A DNA stretch of 39,763 nt from Gemmatimonadota bacterium. Its GTDB lineage: Bacteria > Gemmatimonadota > Gemmatimonadetes > Longimicrobiales > Gaopeijiaceae. A program made the position numbers and the translations under genes. Below are positions 29,848-38,370 of this stretch, in pieces. The notes under the pieces were generated by a model. It was given only the letters and a program-made list of their open reading frames with translations, searched no databases and was not told where the DNA came from. Each line of letters opens with the position of its first letter. Positions within the stretch are counted from its first letter, which is position 1. The stretch covers positions 1 to 39,763 of the forward strand of contig JBDHHQ010000038.1 in assembly GCA_039589315.1 (NCBI GenBank), read 5' to 3'.

Positions 29848-31411
29848 GGCCCGGCCCGAGGCCGAGAGACCCCGTGCCCGCGCCGCCTTCTGGGTGGGCG
29901 CGGGCATTTTCGCGAGCCGGCTGACCGGGTTCCTGCGCGAGCGGGCCTTCGCGTTCTTCTTCGGCTCTTCGGACTACGCCGATGCGTGGCGAGCGGCGCT
30001 GCGTATGCCCAACGTGGTGCAGAACCTCCTGGGCGAGGGCACGCTGAGCGCGTCGTTCATTCCCATCTACGCCGAGATGCTGGAGGAAGGCCGCGACGAG
30101 GACGCCGGCAGGTTCGCCGGGGCGATCCTGGGGCTCCTGGTCGGGGTCGTGGCGGCCGTGACCCTGGTCGGAATCCTCCTGGCGCCGTGGCTGGTGCCGC
30201 TCCTCTTCTTTCGTTGGAGCCCGGAGAAGCAGGACCTGACCGTGCATCTGGTCCAGATCCTGTTCCCCATGACGGGCGTCCTGGTGATCTCCGCGTGGGC
30301 GCTGGGCGTGCTGAACAGCCACCGGCGCTTCTTCGTCTCCTATGTGGCGCCGGTCTTCTGGAACCTGGCCATGATCGCCACGCTGGTGGGCCTGGGAGGA
30401 TTCCTGGCGTTCGGTCCGGAGCGCCTGGTGGTCGCGCTGGCGTGGGGCGCTCTCGTGGGTGCCGTGCTACAGGTGGGCGTCCAGCTCCCCTTCGTGACCC
30501 GCCACCTCCGCCACTTCCGCCTCTCGGTGAGCCTGGCGGTGGACGGGGTGCGGGAGGCCATCCGGAACTTCATGCCCGTGCTCGCCGCACGAGGCGTCAT
30601 CAACCTGAGCGGATACCTGGATCTGGTGCTGGCGGGCCTGCTGGCGGGGGGGGCGGTAGCGGTGCTGGGCTATGCCCAGACCTTCTACATGCTGCCCATA
30701 TCCCTGTTCGGGATGTCCGTGGCCGCGTCCGAGCTTCCGGAGCTGTCCCGGCAGCGGCGCGAGGCCCAACAGGTCCTGGCCGACCGAGTGGCCACCTCGC
30801 TGGGATCATTGGCGTGGTTTCTCGTGCCGTCCACGGTCGCGTACCTGCTGTTCGGCGACGTGATCGTGGCCGCCCTCTACCAGACCGGGGCGTTCGGTGC
30901 GCGGGAGACGGCAGTGACCCACGCGGTCCTGGCCGCCTATTCGTTGGGCCTGTTGGCGTCGGCCCGCTCCCGCCTGCTGTCGTCCGCGTTCTACGCCATT
31001 CGGGACACGCGGACTCCGGCGCGCATCGCCTACCTGCGGGTCGCCGTGTCCCTTGGCGTGGGGGCCTCGCTCATGTTCCCCCTGGACCGGTTCGAGGTCG
31101 ACGGGCTGCGGCTGGGTGCCGCGGGCCTGGCCCTGGGTGCTTCGGTGGGGGCCTGGCTGGAGTACGGGCTGCTGCGGAGCCGTCTCACCAAGGCCATGGG
31201 GCGCCACGGCGCACCCATGGGGAAGATCCTGCGCATCTGGGTCGCGGGACTGCTGGCGGCAGCCGCCGCCTTCGCCACCCGCGCCGTGTTGCCGCCCCTC
31301 CACCCCATATGGGTAGCGGCAGGAACGCTCTCGGTCTTCGGGGTAGTCTACTGGGTCGGTTCGCGAGCCCTGGGCGCTCCCATGCCGACCGGCCGCCGGG
31401 CCCGCCCGTGA
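29831..31411 (+). CDS. murJ: Lipid II flippase MurJ (MviN)
   Basis: SRLTGFLRE, ALRMPNVVQNLLGEGTLSASFIP, LPISLFG, FYAIRDTRTP; many TM helices. Confidence 0.95.
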   Translation: MTETAEARPEAERPRARAAFWVGAGIFASRLTGFLRERAFAFFFGSSDYADAWRAALRMPNVVQNLLGEGTLSASFIPIYAEMLEEGRDEDAGRFAGAILGLLVGVVAAVTLVGILLAPWLVPLLFFRWSPEKQDLTVHLVQILFPMTGVLVISAWALGVLNSHRRFFVSYVAPVFWNLAMIATLVGLGGFLAFGPERLVVALAWGALVGAVLQVGVQLPFVTRHLRHFRLSVSLAVDGVREAIRNFMPVLAARGVINLSGYLDLVLAGLLAGGAVAVLGYAQTFYMLPISLFGMSVAASELPELSRQRREAQQVLADRVATSLGSLAWFLVPSTVAYLLFGDVIVAALYQTGAFGARETAVTHAVLAAYSLGLLASARSRLLSSAFYAIRDTRTPARIAYLRVAVSLGVGASLMFPLDRFEVDGLRLGAAGLALGASVGAWLEYGLLRSRLTKAMGRHGAPMGKILRIWVAGLLAAAAAFATRAVLPPLHPIWVAAGTLSVFGVVYWVGSRALGAPMPTGRRARP

Positions 31412-31451
31412 CGGCCGCAGACAACCCCGGGCCACCCGAATCCGTTTCGCA

Positions 31452-33278
31452 GTGTCTCCCGTAAAGCTGGACCGCCTCTCGACCCGCCCGGGCGTCTACC
31501 ACTTCCGTGACGCGAAGGGGACGATCCTCTACGTGGGTAAGGCTCGCTCCCTCCGGAGCCGCGTCCGCTCGTACTTCCGCTCCGACCCCGCCCGGTCGGC
31601 GCGCACCCACCAACTCGTCCAGCGGATCGACTCGGTTGAGACCATCGTGGTGGGCTCGGAAGCCGAGGCCCTGATCCTGGAGGCCAACCTGATCAAGGAG
31701 CACCGGCCTCGCTTCAACATCCAGCTCCGGGACGACAAGAGCTACCCGTACATCAAGGTGACCGTGGGAGAGCCGTTCCCCCGGGTATACGTCACCCGTC
31801 AGGTGCGAAACGACGGCAGCCGGTATTTCGGGCCCTACACGTCCGTGAGCCTGATGCGCCAGGCGCTGGAGGTGGTGAAGCGCCTCTACACGGTGCGCTC
31901 GTGCCGCTACGACTTGCCGCAGGACGCCCCGGATCGGCCCTGCCTCGACCACCACATCGGGCGCTGCCTGGCTCCCTGCGTGGGTCTTCAGAGCCACGAA
32001 GACTACCGGGCCATGATCGACCAGATCCTCCGGGTGCTGGGCGGCGGCACGGAGGAGGTGCGCCGACAGGTCGAGGACGAGATGCGTGCCGCGGCGGACG
32101 GCCTGGACTTCGAGCGGGCGAGCCGGCTCCGGGACATTCTCAAGGGTCTGGACAATCTCGCTCGGCACCAACGCGTGCAGCGAATGGGCGGGGGAGACCA
32201 TGACGTCGTGGGACTGGCCAGGGACGGAGCGTTGGCCGTTGCCGTCGTGCTGAAGATCCGGGGCGGCCTCCTCCTCGGAAAGGACACTCAGCGCTTCAAG
32301 GGAGTCGACGAGGAGGACGAGGCGGCGCTGTTGGCCAGCCTGGCCTCACGGTATTACCTGGGGCGGGGTGAACGGGGCATCCAGGAGCTGCCGAGGGAGA
32401 TCCTGTTCCCCGGCGACTTCGAGGACCGGGAGGTGTTGGCCGAGATCCTCTCCGAGGCCACGGGCCGCAAGGTCCGCATCCACGTGCCCCAGCGCGGCGA
32501 GAAGCGCCGCCTCGTGGAGCTCGCGGCCGCCAATGCCCGTCACACCGTCGAAGATCGCGTGACCGCCCTCCACTATGCGGCCGATCGCGCCGACGAGGCG
32601 CTCTACCACCTCCAGGACCGACTCGACCTCAAGGTGGTCCCCCGGCTCATGGTCTGCTTCGACATCTCCCACACCCAGGGAAGCGAGACCGTGGCCAGCG
32701 CCGTCACCTTCGAGAATGGCGAGCCCAAGAAGAGCGGCTACCGGCACATGCGGATCCGGGGCGACTGGGGCAACGACGACTACCGCTCCATGGCCGAGGC
32801 GGTAGGGCGGTACTTCCGGCGACGCCTGGACGAGGACGAGGCTCTGCCCGATCTGGTGATCATCGACGGAGGGAAGGGCCAGCTCGGGGCGGCCGTCGAG
32901 GCTCTCACCGAGCTGGGCCTCCGGGACGTGGCGGTCGCCGCCCTGGCGAAGCGCGAAGAGGAGGTCTACCGGCCGGGACGCTCCGAACCGCTGCGACTCC
33001 CACGGCGAGACCGGGCCCTTCACCTGCTTCAGCGAATCCGGGACGAGGCGCACCGCTTCGCGGTCTCCTACAATCGAAAGCTCCGGCGCAAGCGGACCAT
33101 CCGCAGCGAGCTCAGTGACATACCGGGCGTCGGGCCACGGCGGCAGAAAGCACTGCTCACGCGCTTCGGGTCCGTGCGGAGCATCCGTGAAGCGACTGCC
33201 GACGAGATCGCCCGAGTGCCGGGCTTCAGCGACACGCTGGCGTCCCGCGTCCTCACGTACCTGGGGGTGTCTCGCTGA
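31452..33278 (+). CDS. uvrC: Excinuclease ABC subunit C
   Basis: GIY-YIG domain (PGVY...YVGKA..LRSRVRSYF), DDKSYPY, FDISH, DGGKGQL, RDEAHRFA, C-terminal HhH. Confidence 0.96.
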   Translation: MSPVKLDRLSTRPGVYHFRDAKGTILYVGKARSLRSRVRSYFRSDPARSARTHQLVQRIDSVETIVVGSEAEALILEANLIKEHRPRFNIQLRDDKSYPYIKVTVGEPFPRVYVTRQVRNDGSRYFGPYTSVSLMRQALEVVKRLYTVRSCRYDLPQDAPDRPCLDHHIGRCLAPCVGLQSHEDYRAMIDQILRVLGGGTEEVRRQVEDEMRAAADGLDFERASRLRDILKGLDNLARHQRVQRMGGGDHDVVGLARDGALAVAVVLKIRGGLLLGKDTQRFKGVDEEDEAALLASLASRYYLGRGERGIQELPREILFPGDFEDREVLAEILSEATGRKVRIHVPQRGEKRRLVELAAANARHTVEDRVTALHYAADRADEALYHLQDRLDLKVVPRLMVCFDISHTQGSETVASAVTFENGEPKKSGYRHMRIRGDWGNDDYRSMAEAVGRYFRRRLDEDEALPDLVIIDGGKGQLGAAVEALTELGLRDVAVAALAKREEEVYRPGRSEPLRLPRRDRALHLLQRIRDEAHRFAVSYNRKLRRKRTIRSELSDIPGVGPRRQKALLTRFGSVRSIREATADEIARVPGFSDTLASRVLTYLGVSR

Positions 33279-33565
33279 GCAAGGCGTGGGTAAGAGGGCA
33301 TGGCGGGATCGGGAACACCGGATCGTCCGGCGCCCGTTCGTGTAGTCAGCATGTGAAAGAGCGCTTTCAGGAGATCGGCCTGGAAACTCGGCCCATCCAA
33401 GTGACTGGAAAGGCCGGTCGAAGCGGCCTGCTGACGTCCGATTTCCGGAGTGCGTGATCGGGTTCGGGCGGAGGATGGAGAACGGGTGAGCCGGGCCTTT
33501 GACGTGGTCCCCGGATCCGTCTAGTTTTTTCGCTTGACACGACATCAGTAAGGAGGATTGCTCGC

Positions 33566-35002
33566 ATGAAACTCCGCACCGGAGTCGTCCTCACGGCGGT
33601 ACTCGCTGGAGGCACGCTGGCCCTGGCCCCGACACAAGCGTCGGCCCAGAGCGAGCCCAAGGACAACATGTGGACCCGCAGCGCCACGCTATACCTCAGC
33701 CAGGCCCAGTCGAACCCGAACCCCGAGGAGAAGCAGGAGCGCTATCAGGAGGCGCTCAACGTGTCCCTCGAGGGGATCGAGAACGAGCCTGACAACCCCC
33801 AGGGCTACTATCAGGCCGGTCGCGCCCTCGTAGGCCTGGGAGATTTCCTCCGCGCCGACAGCATGCTCACCAAGGCCGAGGAGCTTTGGCCCGAGTACAC
33901 CGCGGAGACGGTGCCGGTCAGGGAATTCGCGTGGATCCAGGCGTACAATGCGGCGATCCCCGCGCTGAACGCCGGCAACTCGGACGAGTCCGTGCAGCAG
34001 CTCGAGCGGGCGCACGTGATCTACAAGGGACGCCCCGAAGCGATGCTCAACCTCGGACAGGCCTACACTCAGCAGGGCAACGCCGCACGAGCCATCGAGA
34101 TGTACCAGATGGCCCTGGAGATCATGACGGGTCCGGCCTTCGACGAGCAGGACGAGCAGACTCAGGAGAACTGGCGCCAGAACGAACAGATCGGCGCGTT
34201 CAACATGGCGCAGCTCATGGCGCAGGAGGGCCGCAACGAGGAGGCCGCCCAGGCCTACGAGGCCTTCCTGGAGCGGTCACCCGGCAACGTGGACGCCTTG
34301 AGCAACCTGGCCATCGTGTTGATGAACATGGAGATGACCGATTCCGCTCAGGCGATCTATGAGGGGCTGCTGAGCAACGCCGACCTGGGTCCCCGGGAAT
34401 ACTTCTCGGCGGGCATCGGCCTGTTCCAGGCCGAGCAGTACACCCTGGCCGCGCAGGCCTTCGAGAAGACGGCCGAGATGAATCCCCAGAGCCGTGACGC
34501 CAACTACAACCTGGCCCAGGCGCTCTACCTCGTGGAGGACTACGAGAAGCTCGTTGGTGTGGCCACCCACTTGGTCGAGCTCGACCCGTACAACCAGAAC
34601 GCCCACACGTTCTACGTCCGGGGGCTGCTCATGGGCGGCGACGAAGAGGCGGCCCAGGAGGCCTACACGTACATGCAAGAGCTGCCCATCGACGTCTATG
34701 ACCTGCAGCTGCAGCCCAGCGGGGCGGGCGGTGGCACCGTGTTCGGGACCGTGGAGAACCGCATGTCCGAGGAAGGTGCCACGGTAGGGATCCGGGTCCA
34801 CTTCCTGAGCGAGATGGGAACGGAGATCGGCGCAGCCGACGTGGATGTCCAGCTCACTGCTCTCGAGACGTCGACGGCGTTCCAGGCCGAGGTCGCCGGT
34901 GACGAGCCGGCCATGGCCTACTGGTACGAGGTGACCACCGAGATCCCGACGGTGGAGCTGCCCGAGGCAGAGGCCGACACGACGGGGACGAGCGGCAACT
35001 AG
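33566..35002 (+). CDS. Exported tetratricopeptide-repeat protein with C-terminal beta domain
   Basis: AAGGAGG RBS; signal peptide ending ASA; repeated TPR helices (AMLNLGQAY, ALSNLAIV, ANYNLAQA); beta-rich C-terminus. Confidence 0.85.
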   Translation: MKLRTGVVLTAVLAGGTLALAPTQASAQSEPKDNMWTRSATLYLSQAQSNPNPEEKQERYQEALNVSLEGIENEPDNPQGYYQAGRALVGLGDFLRADSMLTKAEELWPEYTAETVPVREFAWIQAYNAAIPALNAGNSDESVQQLERAHVIYKGRPEAMLNLGQAYTQQGNAARAIEMYQMALEIMTGPAFDEQDEQTQENWRQNEQIGAFNMAQLMAQEGRNEEAAQAYEAFLERSPGNVDALSNLAIVLMNMEMTDSAQAIYEGLLSNADLGPREYFSAGIGLFQAEQYTLAAQAFEKTAEMNPQSRDANYNLAQALYLVEDYEKLVGVATHLVELDPYNQNAHTFYVRGLLMGGDEEAAQEAYTYMQELPIDVYDLQLQPSGAGGGTVFGTVENRMSEEGATVGIRVHFLSEMGTEIGAADVDVQLTALETSTAFQAEVAGDEPAMAYWYEVTTEIPTVELPEAEADTTGTSGN

Positions 35003-35052
35003 GCGCGGGCGACCGAGAAGGTCCAGCGCCGAGGTGATCGGCGGGTAGAGAG

Positions 35053-35091
35053 AGGAGCGGCCGGGAGATCATCCCGGCCGCTCCTTTCTTC
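35053..35091. terminator. Probable bidirectional intrinsic terminator between convergent genes
   Basis: 14-bp perfect stem AGGAGCGGCCGGGA/TCCCGGCCGCTCCT with a 5-nt loop, followed by TTCTTC. Confidence 0.75.
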
Positions 35092-35122
35092 ATTGGAAGG
35101 GTCTGAGGGCGATGCTCTCGCG

Positions 35123-35458
35123 CTACGCCATACAGGCGTCGATCGACAGTCCCAGCGCGTCCGCCACGAAGGCCCCGAGCGCCGCCATGGAGTCGTCAGG
35201 GATCACGCCTGCGTCGGCCAGCTCGCGGGCCAGGTTTCTGAGGCCCAACCGCGGCTGGCTCTGGCTGGAGGAATGCGCACCCATCTCGCCCATCTGAGCG
35301 AACACCGCGGAGGCCTGGCCCCAGCAGGCGTTGTCGTCAGCCGAGAACTGGGGCGTGGGAACTTGGGTTTCCACCGCCGGCGTGACCGGGTCGGAGCAGC
35401 CGGCGATCAGCAGAATCGCCACGGAAGCGAGCACGTGCCGGATTACGCTCTTCATCAT
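35123..35458 (-). CDS. Small hypothetical lipoprotein
   Basis: Lipobox LIAG|C, GGAAGG RBS upstream, two further Cys (possible disulfide). Confidence 0.75.
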   Translation of the reverse strand: MMKSVIRHVLASVAILLIAGCSDPVTPAVETQVPTPQFSADDNACWGQASAVFAQMGEMGAHSSSQSQPRLGLRNLARELADAGVIPDDSMAALGAFVADALGLSIDACMA

Positions 35459-35745
35459 TGCTGACCTTCCTTGGATGGGTTGTTCTTCCAGGTTGAAGAG
35501 AGGGGGCGGAATCGGTTCGGCCGGCGACGCGCGGCCTTGTTCCGGACCAGGCTATTGCGCGGCCGTTATCTCGGCGCTACTCCGGACTGGCAGTGTTGCC
35601 TTCCAGAGTGCCACCGTGTTCCCGGCGGCCCCATAAGGGCCACGGTGAAGCAGGGGAGCCGGCAGCCGAGTGAGGCCCAAAACGGAGCGGCGCAGGGCTT
35701 TCCGCAGTACGGCAAGGACGATTACCTTAACGGCACCAAAACCAT

Positions 35746-35785
35746 GCGGGTGTAGCTCAGTTGGTAGAGCATCAGCTTCCCAAGC
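35746..35785 (+). pseudogene. 5' half of tRNA-Gly(CCC); 3' half absent
   Basis: GCGGGTG TA GCTC AGTTGGTA GAGC A TCAGC TTCCCAA GC, then divergence (CTACG instead of TGA...). No T-arm or CACCCGC acceptor strand follows. Confidence 0.85.
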
Positions 35786-35795
35786 CTACGCCAGG

Positions 35796-35938
35796 GGCCC
35801 GGAATTTCGTAGCCGATTCGCCAGAATCGCTAGTGATTCCGGGCCTTTTCGCCTTCTCCCGCTTCGTAGACTCTACGACCGTCTCAGGGTCCCCTTCGTA
35901 GGGTTTACGACCGCCAACTTGCACACATCCTTGCACAC
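35796..35938. repeat. att-arm-like repeat cluster
   Basis: Hairpin GGCCCGGAAT/ATTCCGGGCC (35796-35845); CTTCGTAG-N4-TACGACCG at 35862 and 35894; CTTGCACAC at 35918 and 35930. Confidence 0.7.
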
Positions 35939-36034
35939 CTTCCGAGTGCAGCATCGGCTCCGGCCAGTACGTCTGCCAGATGACCCAGCCCATCGGCTCC
36001 TCCGTCGTTGCGGTGAGCTTCAACGATGGCACCA

Positions 36035-36203
36035 GGGCGTGGGTGTGGACATGGGATTCTGGGACGGTTTCAGCCTTTTCCTGACAGACAGCGTCGGCCG
36101 ATCCCGCTAGGCTGATTCTGCACCATTGGTTTCCAGCCCTTCCCCGCCGGACGCGAGGGAAGCCGATGGCCCGCCCGGTGGGTTCCTCCTCATCGGCAGG
36201 AGG
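36035..36203 (+). repeat. Duplicated leader module, copy 1
   Basis: Aligns nearly ungapped with 38189-38361; ends in CATCGGCAGGAGG RBS before ATG 36212. Confidence 0.9.
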
Positions 36204-36211
36204 GTGATGCC

Positions 36212-36517
36212 ATGAGGCGATTCAGCCGATTAGCTATCGCCTTGGTGGGCTCTCTGCTCGCTGTTTCCTGCGGTGATGATCGTCCGAGCGACCTCACCTC
36301 ACCCGAGGCCAGGGCCGCCCCTGCTTCCGTTGCGGCGGGCGTCCAATACGAAGCCATCGACCTCGGAGCACTGGAGAACGGGGTGATGACCGACCTCGGG
36401 CCCCATGGTGGCGGCTTCAGCGAGGCCCGCGACATCAATGCCCGCGGCCAGGTTGTCGGCACGAGCAGCACTGGGGACGGGACCCGTCACGCAACCCTCT
36501 GGACGCCGACCAACTGA
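36212..36517 (+). CDS. Lipoprotein with a single HAF-type extracellular repeat (probably internally collapsed)
   Basis: Lipobox LAVS|C; MTDLG...SEARDINARGQVVGTS...HATLW matches the HAF repeat pattern. Confidence 0.7.
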   Translation: MRRFSRLAIALVGSLLAVSCGDDRPSDLTSPEARAAPASVAAGVQYEAIDLGALENGVMTDLGPHGGGFSEARDINARGQVVGTSSTGDGTRHATLWTPTN

Positions 36518-36533
36518 ACCGCACCCCTCCGGT

Positions 36534-36556
36534 CGCAAGGAGGTGCGCCATGACAG
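36534..36556 (+). repeat. 23-bp RBS/start block, copy 1 (CGCAAGGAGGTGCGCCATGACAG)
   Basis: Identical to 37490-37512. Confidence 0.9.
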
Positions 36557-37509
36557 GGCGATACAGGCTTCAGCTCGCGGCCGTCAGTCTAGCCCTTGCT
36601 TGCACGGGCTACGGTACCGAGTCCTGTGATTCCTACGATGCGGGGCCTCACGAACCGACTCACCTGATGCTGTGGGTGGTCACGACGACCCAGGGATTCG
36701 CCGAATGGGGGACGTGGCACGTAACCGTGTCTAACCTCTCCGGAGCCATGTTGCTCGAGGAAACCCATCAACACGACCCAAGATCGCAGGAGGATTCAAG
36801 CCCCTACCAGATCAACGGCGTGCTCCAACTGCCGGCATTGTTTAGGGTTCAACTCAGCGGCTTCCCGACGTATTGCACGACGATGAGCCCGAATCCTCAG
36901 TTTGCCCATTTCGAGCGATTCGGCGAGAACGTCATGGTAGACTTCAGCCTGGATTGTGATTTCGCGTCCATCCTAGTCGTCGACCAGGAGAACACCGCGA
37001 CGGACGGGACCTTGCTCGGATGTGCGAACAGAAACTACTCACGGGCCGACTCCACGCGGTACCAGAGCTTCATTCCGTCTGCTCCGATAGTGGCTGCCTT
37101 GGAATTGGGGCTTCAAGCGGGTGTGGCTTTCCCTAGCGACGGCCATCCGGTGACCGTCAAGCTTCGCACTGCAGCACCCGACGGAGAGTGGCTGGGAACT
37201 GGACGCGTCCGCATCCCAGGCCCCCTTGGCGAAGGCCAAAGAGTCGACGTATTCGTGCCTCTCTGGAGACCTGCCGACGTTACGCCCGGCGGGACCTACT
37301 GGATCGAGTGGGAATGCCCGTATGAGGGTGGGCAGGTCCTCGCGTGGCTCGGGTCCATGAGGGACCCGTACCCCGGTGGCGCCGAGCTGACGTACAACAA
37401 GCGGGACCTGGTCTTCAAGAGCTTCACCCTGCCGGATGCGAACCTCGCCCGGTCAACTCGCTCGGCAACAAGAACTGGCGTCCTCCAACCGCAAGGAGGT
37501 GCGCCATGA
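36550..37509 (+). CDS. Hypothetical lipoprotein, beta-rich
   Basis: AAGGAGG RBS; lipobox LALA|C; Cys pairs; C-terminal VTPGGTYWIE...DPYPGG...DLVFKSF beta-sandwich-like segment. Confidence 0.7.
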   Translation: MTGRYRLQLAAVSLALACTGYGTESCDSYDAGPHEPTHLMLWVVTTTQGFAEWGTWHVTVSNLSGAMLLEETHQHDPRSQEDSSPYQINGVLQLPALFRVQLSGFPTYCTTMSPNPQFAHFERFGENVMVDFSLDCDFASILVVDQENTATDGTLLGCANRNYSRADSTRYQSFIPSAPIVAALELGLQAGVAFPSDGHPVTVKLRTAAPDGEWLGTGRVRIPGPLGEGQRVDVFVPLWRPADVTPGGTYWIEWECPYEGGQVLAWLGSMRDPYPGGAELTYNKRDLVFKSFTLPDANLARSTRSATRTGVLQPQGGAP

Positions 37510-37512
37510 CAG
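37490..37512 (+). repeat. 23-bp RBS/start block, copy 2
   Basis: Identical to 36534-36556. Confidence 0.9.
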
Positions 37513-38255
37513 CACGATGGATCGCGACGGCACTGCTGCTGGTCGCGTCGCCGCTGGTGGGCCAGGCTCAGGAGCCGGTGTTGGAGGCGGGGGCGAGGGT
37601 GAGGGTGACTGCACCTGAGGTGGCTGAGGAGCCATTAGTTGGCACGTACTGGGGCATCAAGAACGGTCAGCTGATCGGCATCACGAGGGACAAGTCTGAG
37701 GATCCGCTAGATATCCGCGTGTCCGAGGTAGAAGGGCTCGAGATATCCACCGGGAAGCGGGGGCAGGGCTGGAAGGGTGCCAAGATCGGCTTCGGAGTCG
37801 CTGCTCTCGCTACAGCGATCCCGGTCGGGATAAGCTGTGCCTCCGACTCTGAGGACGGGTGGTGCGTTGCTGCCTTAGTAGTCTACACCCCGCTCGCTGG
37901 TCTCGTCGGAGGAGTCATCGGGGTAGCCATCGGCTCCTCGATTAGGACCGACATCTGGGAGCCCGTCGAGCTGCCTGCCAAGCCCAGGGTCGCCGTCCAC
38001 CCCACGGGCCGCTTCAGCGGAGCCGTCTTGGTCCCGCGGCGGAGGTACGGCTCCTGCGGCCCGAGCCCTGCCGCGATCCACACGTCCACGGCAAACGTCT
38101 CGAGTTTGCCGTCGGTTCATGCTGCGCAGGTGGCGCAGGAACCTGAACAGGGGTTCGTAGCTGTCGTCCATGCGCAACAAAGCGAAGTGGGCGCGGGTGC
38201 AGACATGGGATCTTGGGACTACTTCAGCCGTTTCCTGACAGACAGCAGCAGCTGA
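37506..38255 (+). CDS. Hypothetical exported protein with Gly-rich hydrophobic hairpin; C-terminus probably read-through
   Basis: Signal peptide; GARVRV..., KGAKIGFGV...GLVGGVIGVAIG glycine-zipper-like helices. The tail after about 38046 runs into non-coding leader copy 2. Confidence 0.65.
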   Translation: MTARWIATALLLVASPLVGQAQEPVLEAGARVRVTAPEVAEEPLVGTYWGIKNGQLIGITRDKSEDPLDIRVSEVEGLEISTGKRGQGWKGAKIGFGVAALATAIPVGISCASDSEDGWCVAALVVYTPLAGLVGGVIGVAIGSSIRTDIWEPVELPAKPRVAVHPTGRFSGAVLVPRRRYGSCGPSPAAIHTSTANVSSLPSVHAAQVAQEPEQGFVAVVHAQQSEVGAGADMGSWDYFSRFLTDSSS

Positions 38256-38361
38256 TCCCGCTAGGCTGATTCTGCACCGTTGGTTTCCAGCCCTCCCTGC
38301 CGGACGCGAGCGAGGCCGATGGCCCGCCCGCTTCGTCATGTTCTTCCTCATCGGCAGGAGG
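38189..38361 (+). repeat. Duplicated leader module, copy 2
   Basis: Homologous to 36035-36203; ends in CATCGGCAGGAGG before ATG 38371. Confidence 0.9.
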
Positions 38362-38370
38362 ACAGGGATC

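Noticed and set aside
33534..33565. sigma70 promoter from TTGACA before the TPR gene
   Set aside because: No -10 hexamer at proper spacing; that position falls on the RBS/start region.
35746..35860. Intron-containing or intact tRNA-Gly
   Set aside because: The break is in the anticodon stem 3' strand, not a usual intron site; no group I core and no 3' exon are visible.
35772..36032. Integrase remnant (minus ORF beginning MPSLKLTATT)
   Set aside because: Only about 10 residues resemble an arm-binding integrase N-terminus; there are no catalytic R-H-R-Y motifs, and the ORF runs through the repeats into the tRNA.
36035..36203. Leader repeat as a protein-coding domain or known riboswitch (c-di-GMP-I, ZTP, cobalamin)
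   Set aside because: Differences between copies are mostly non-synonymous in the shared frame with different stops, and the defining riboswitch consensus motifs are absent.
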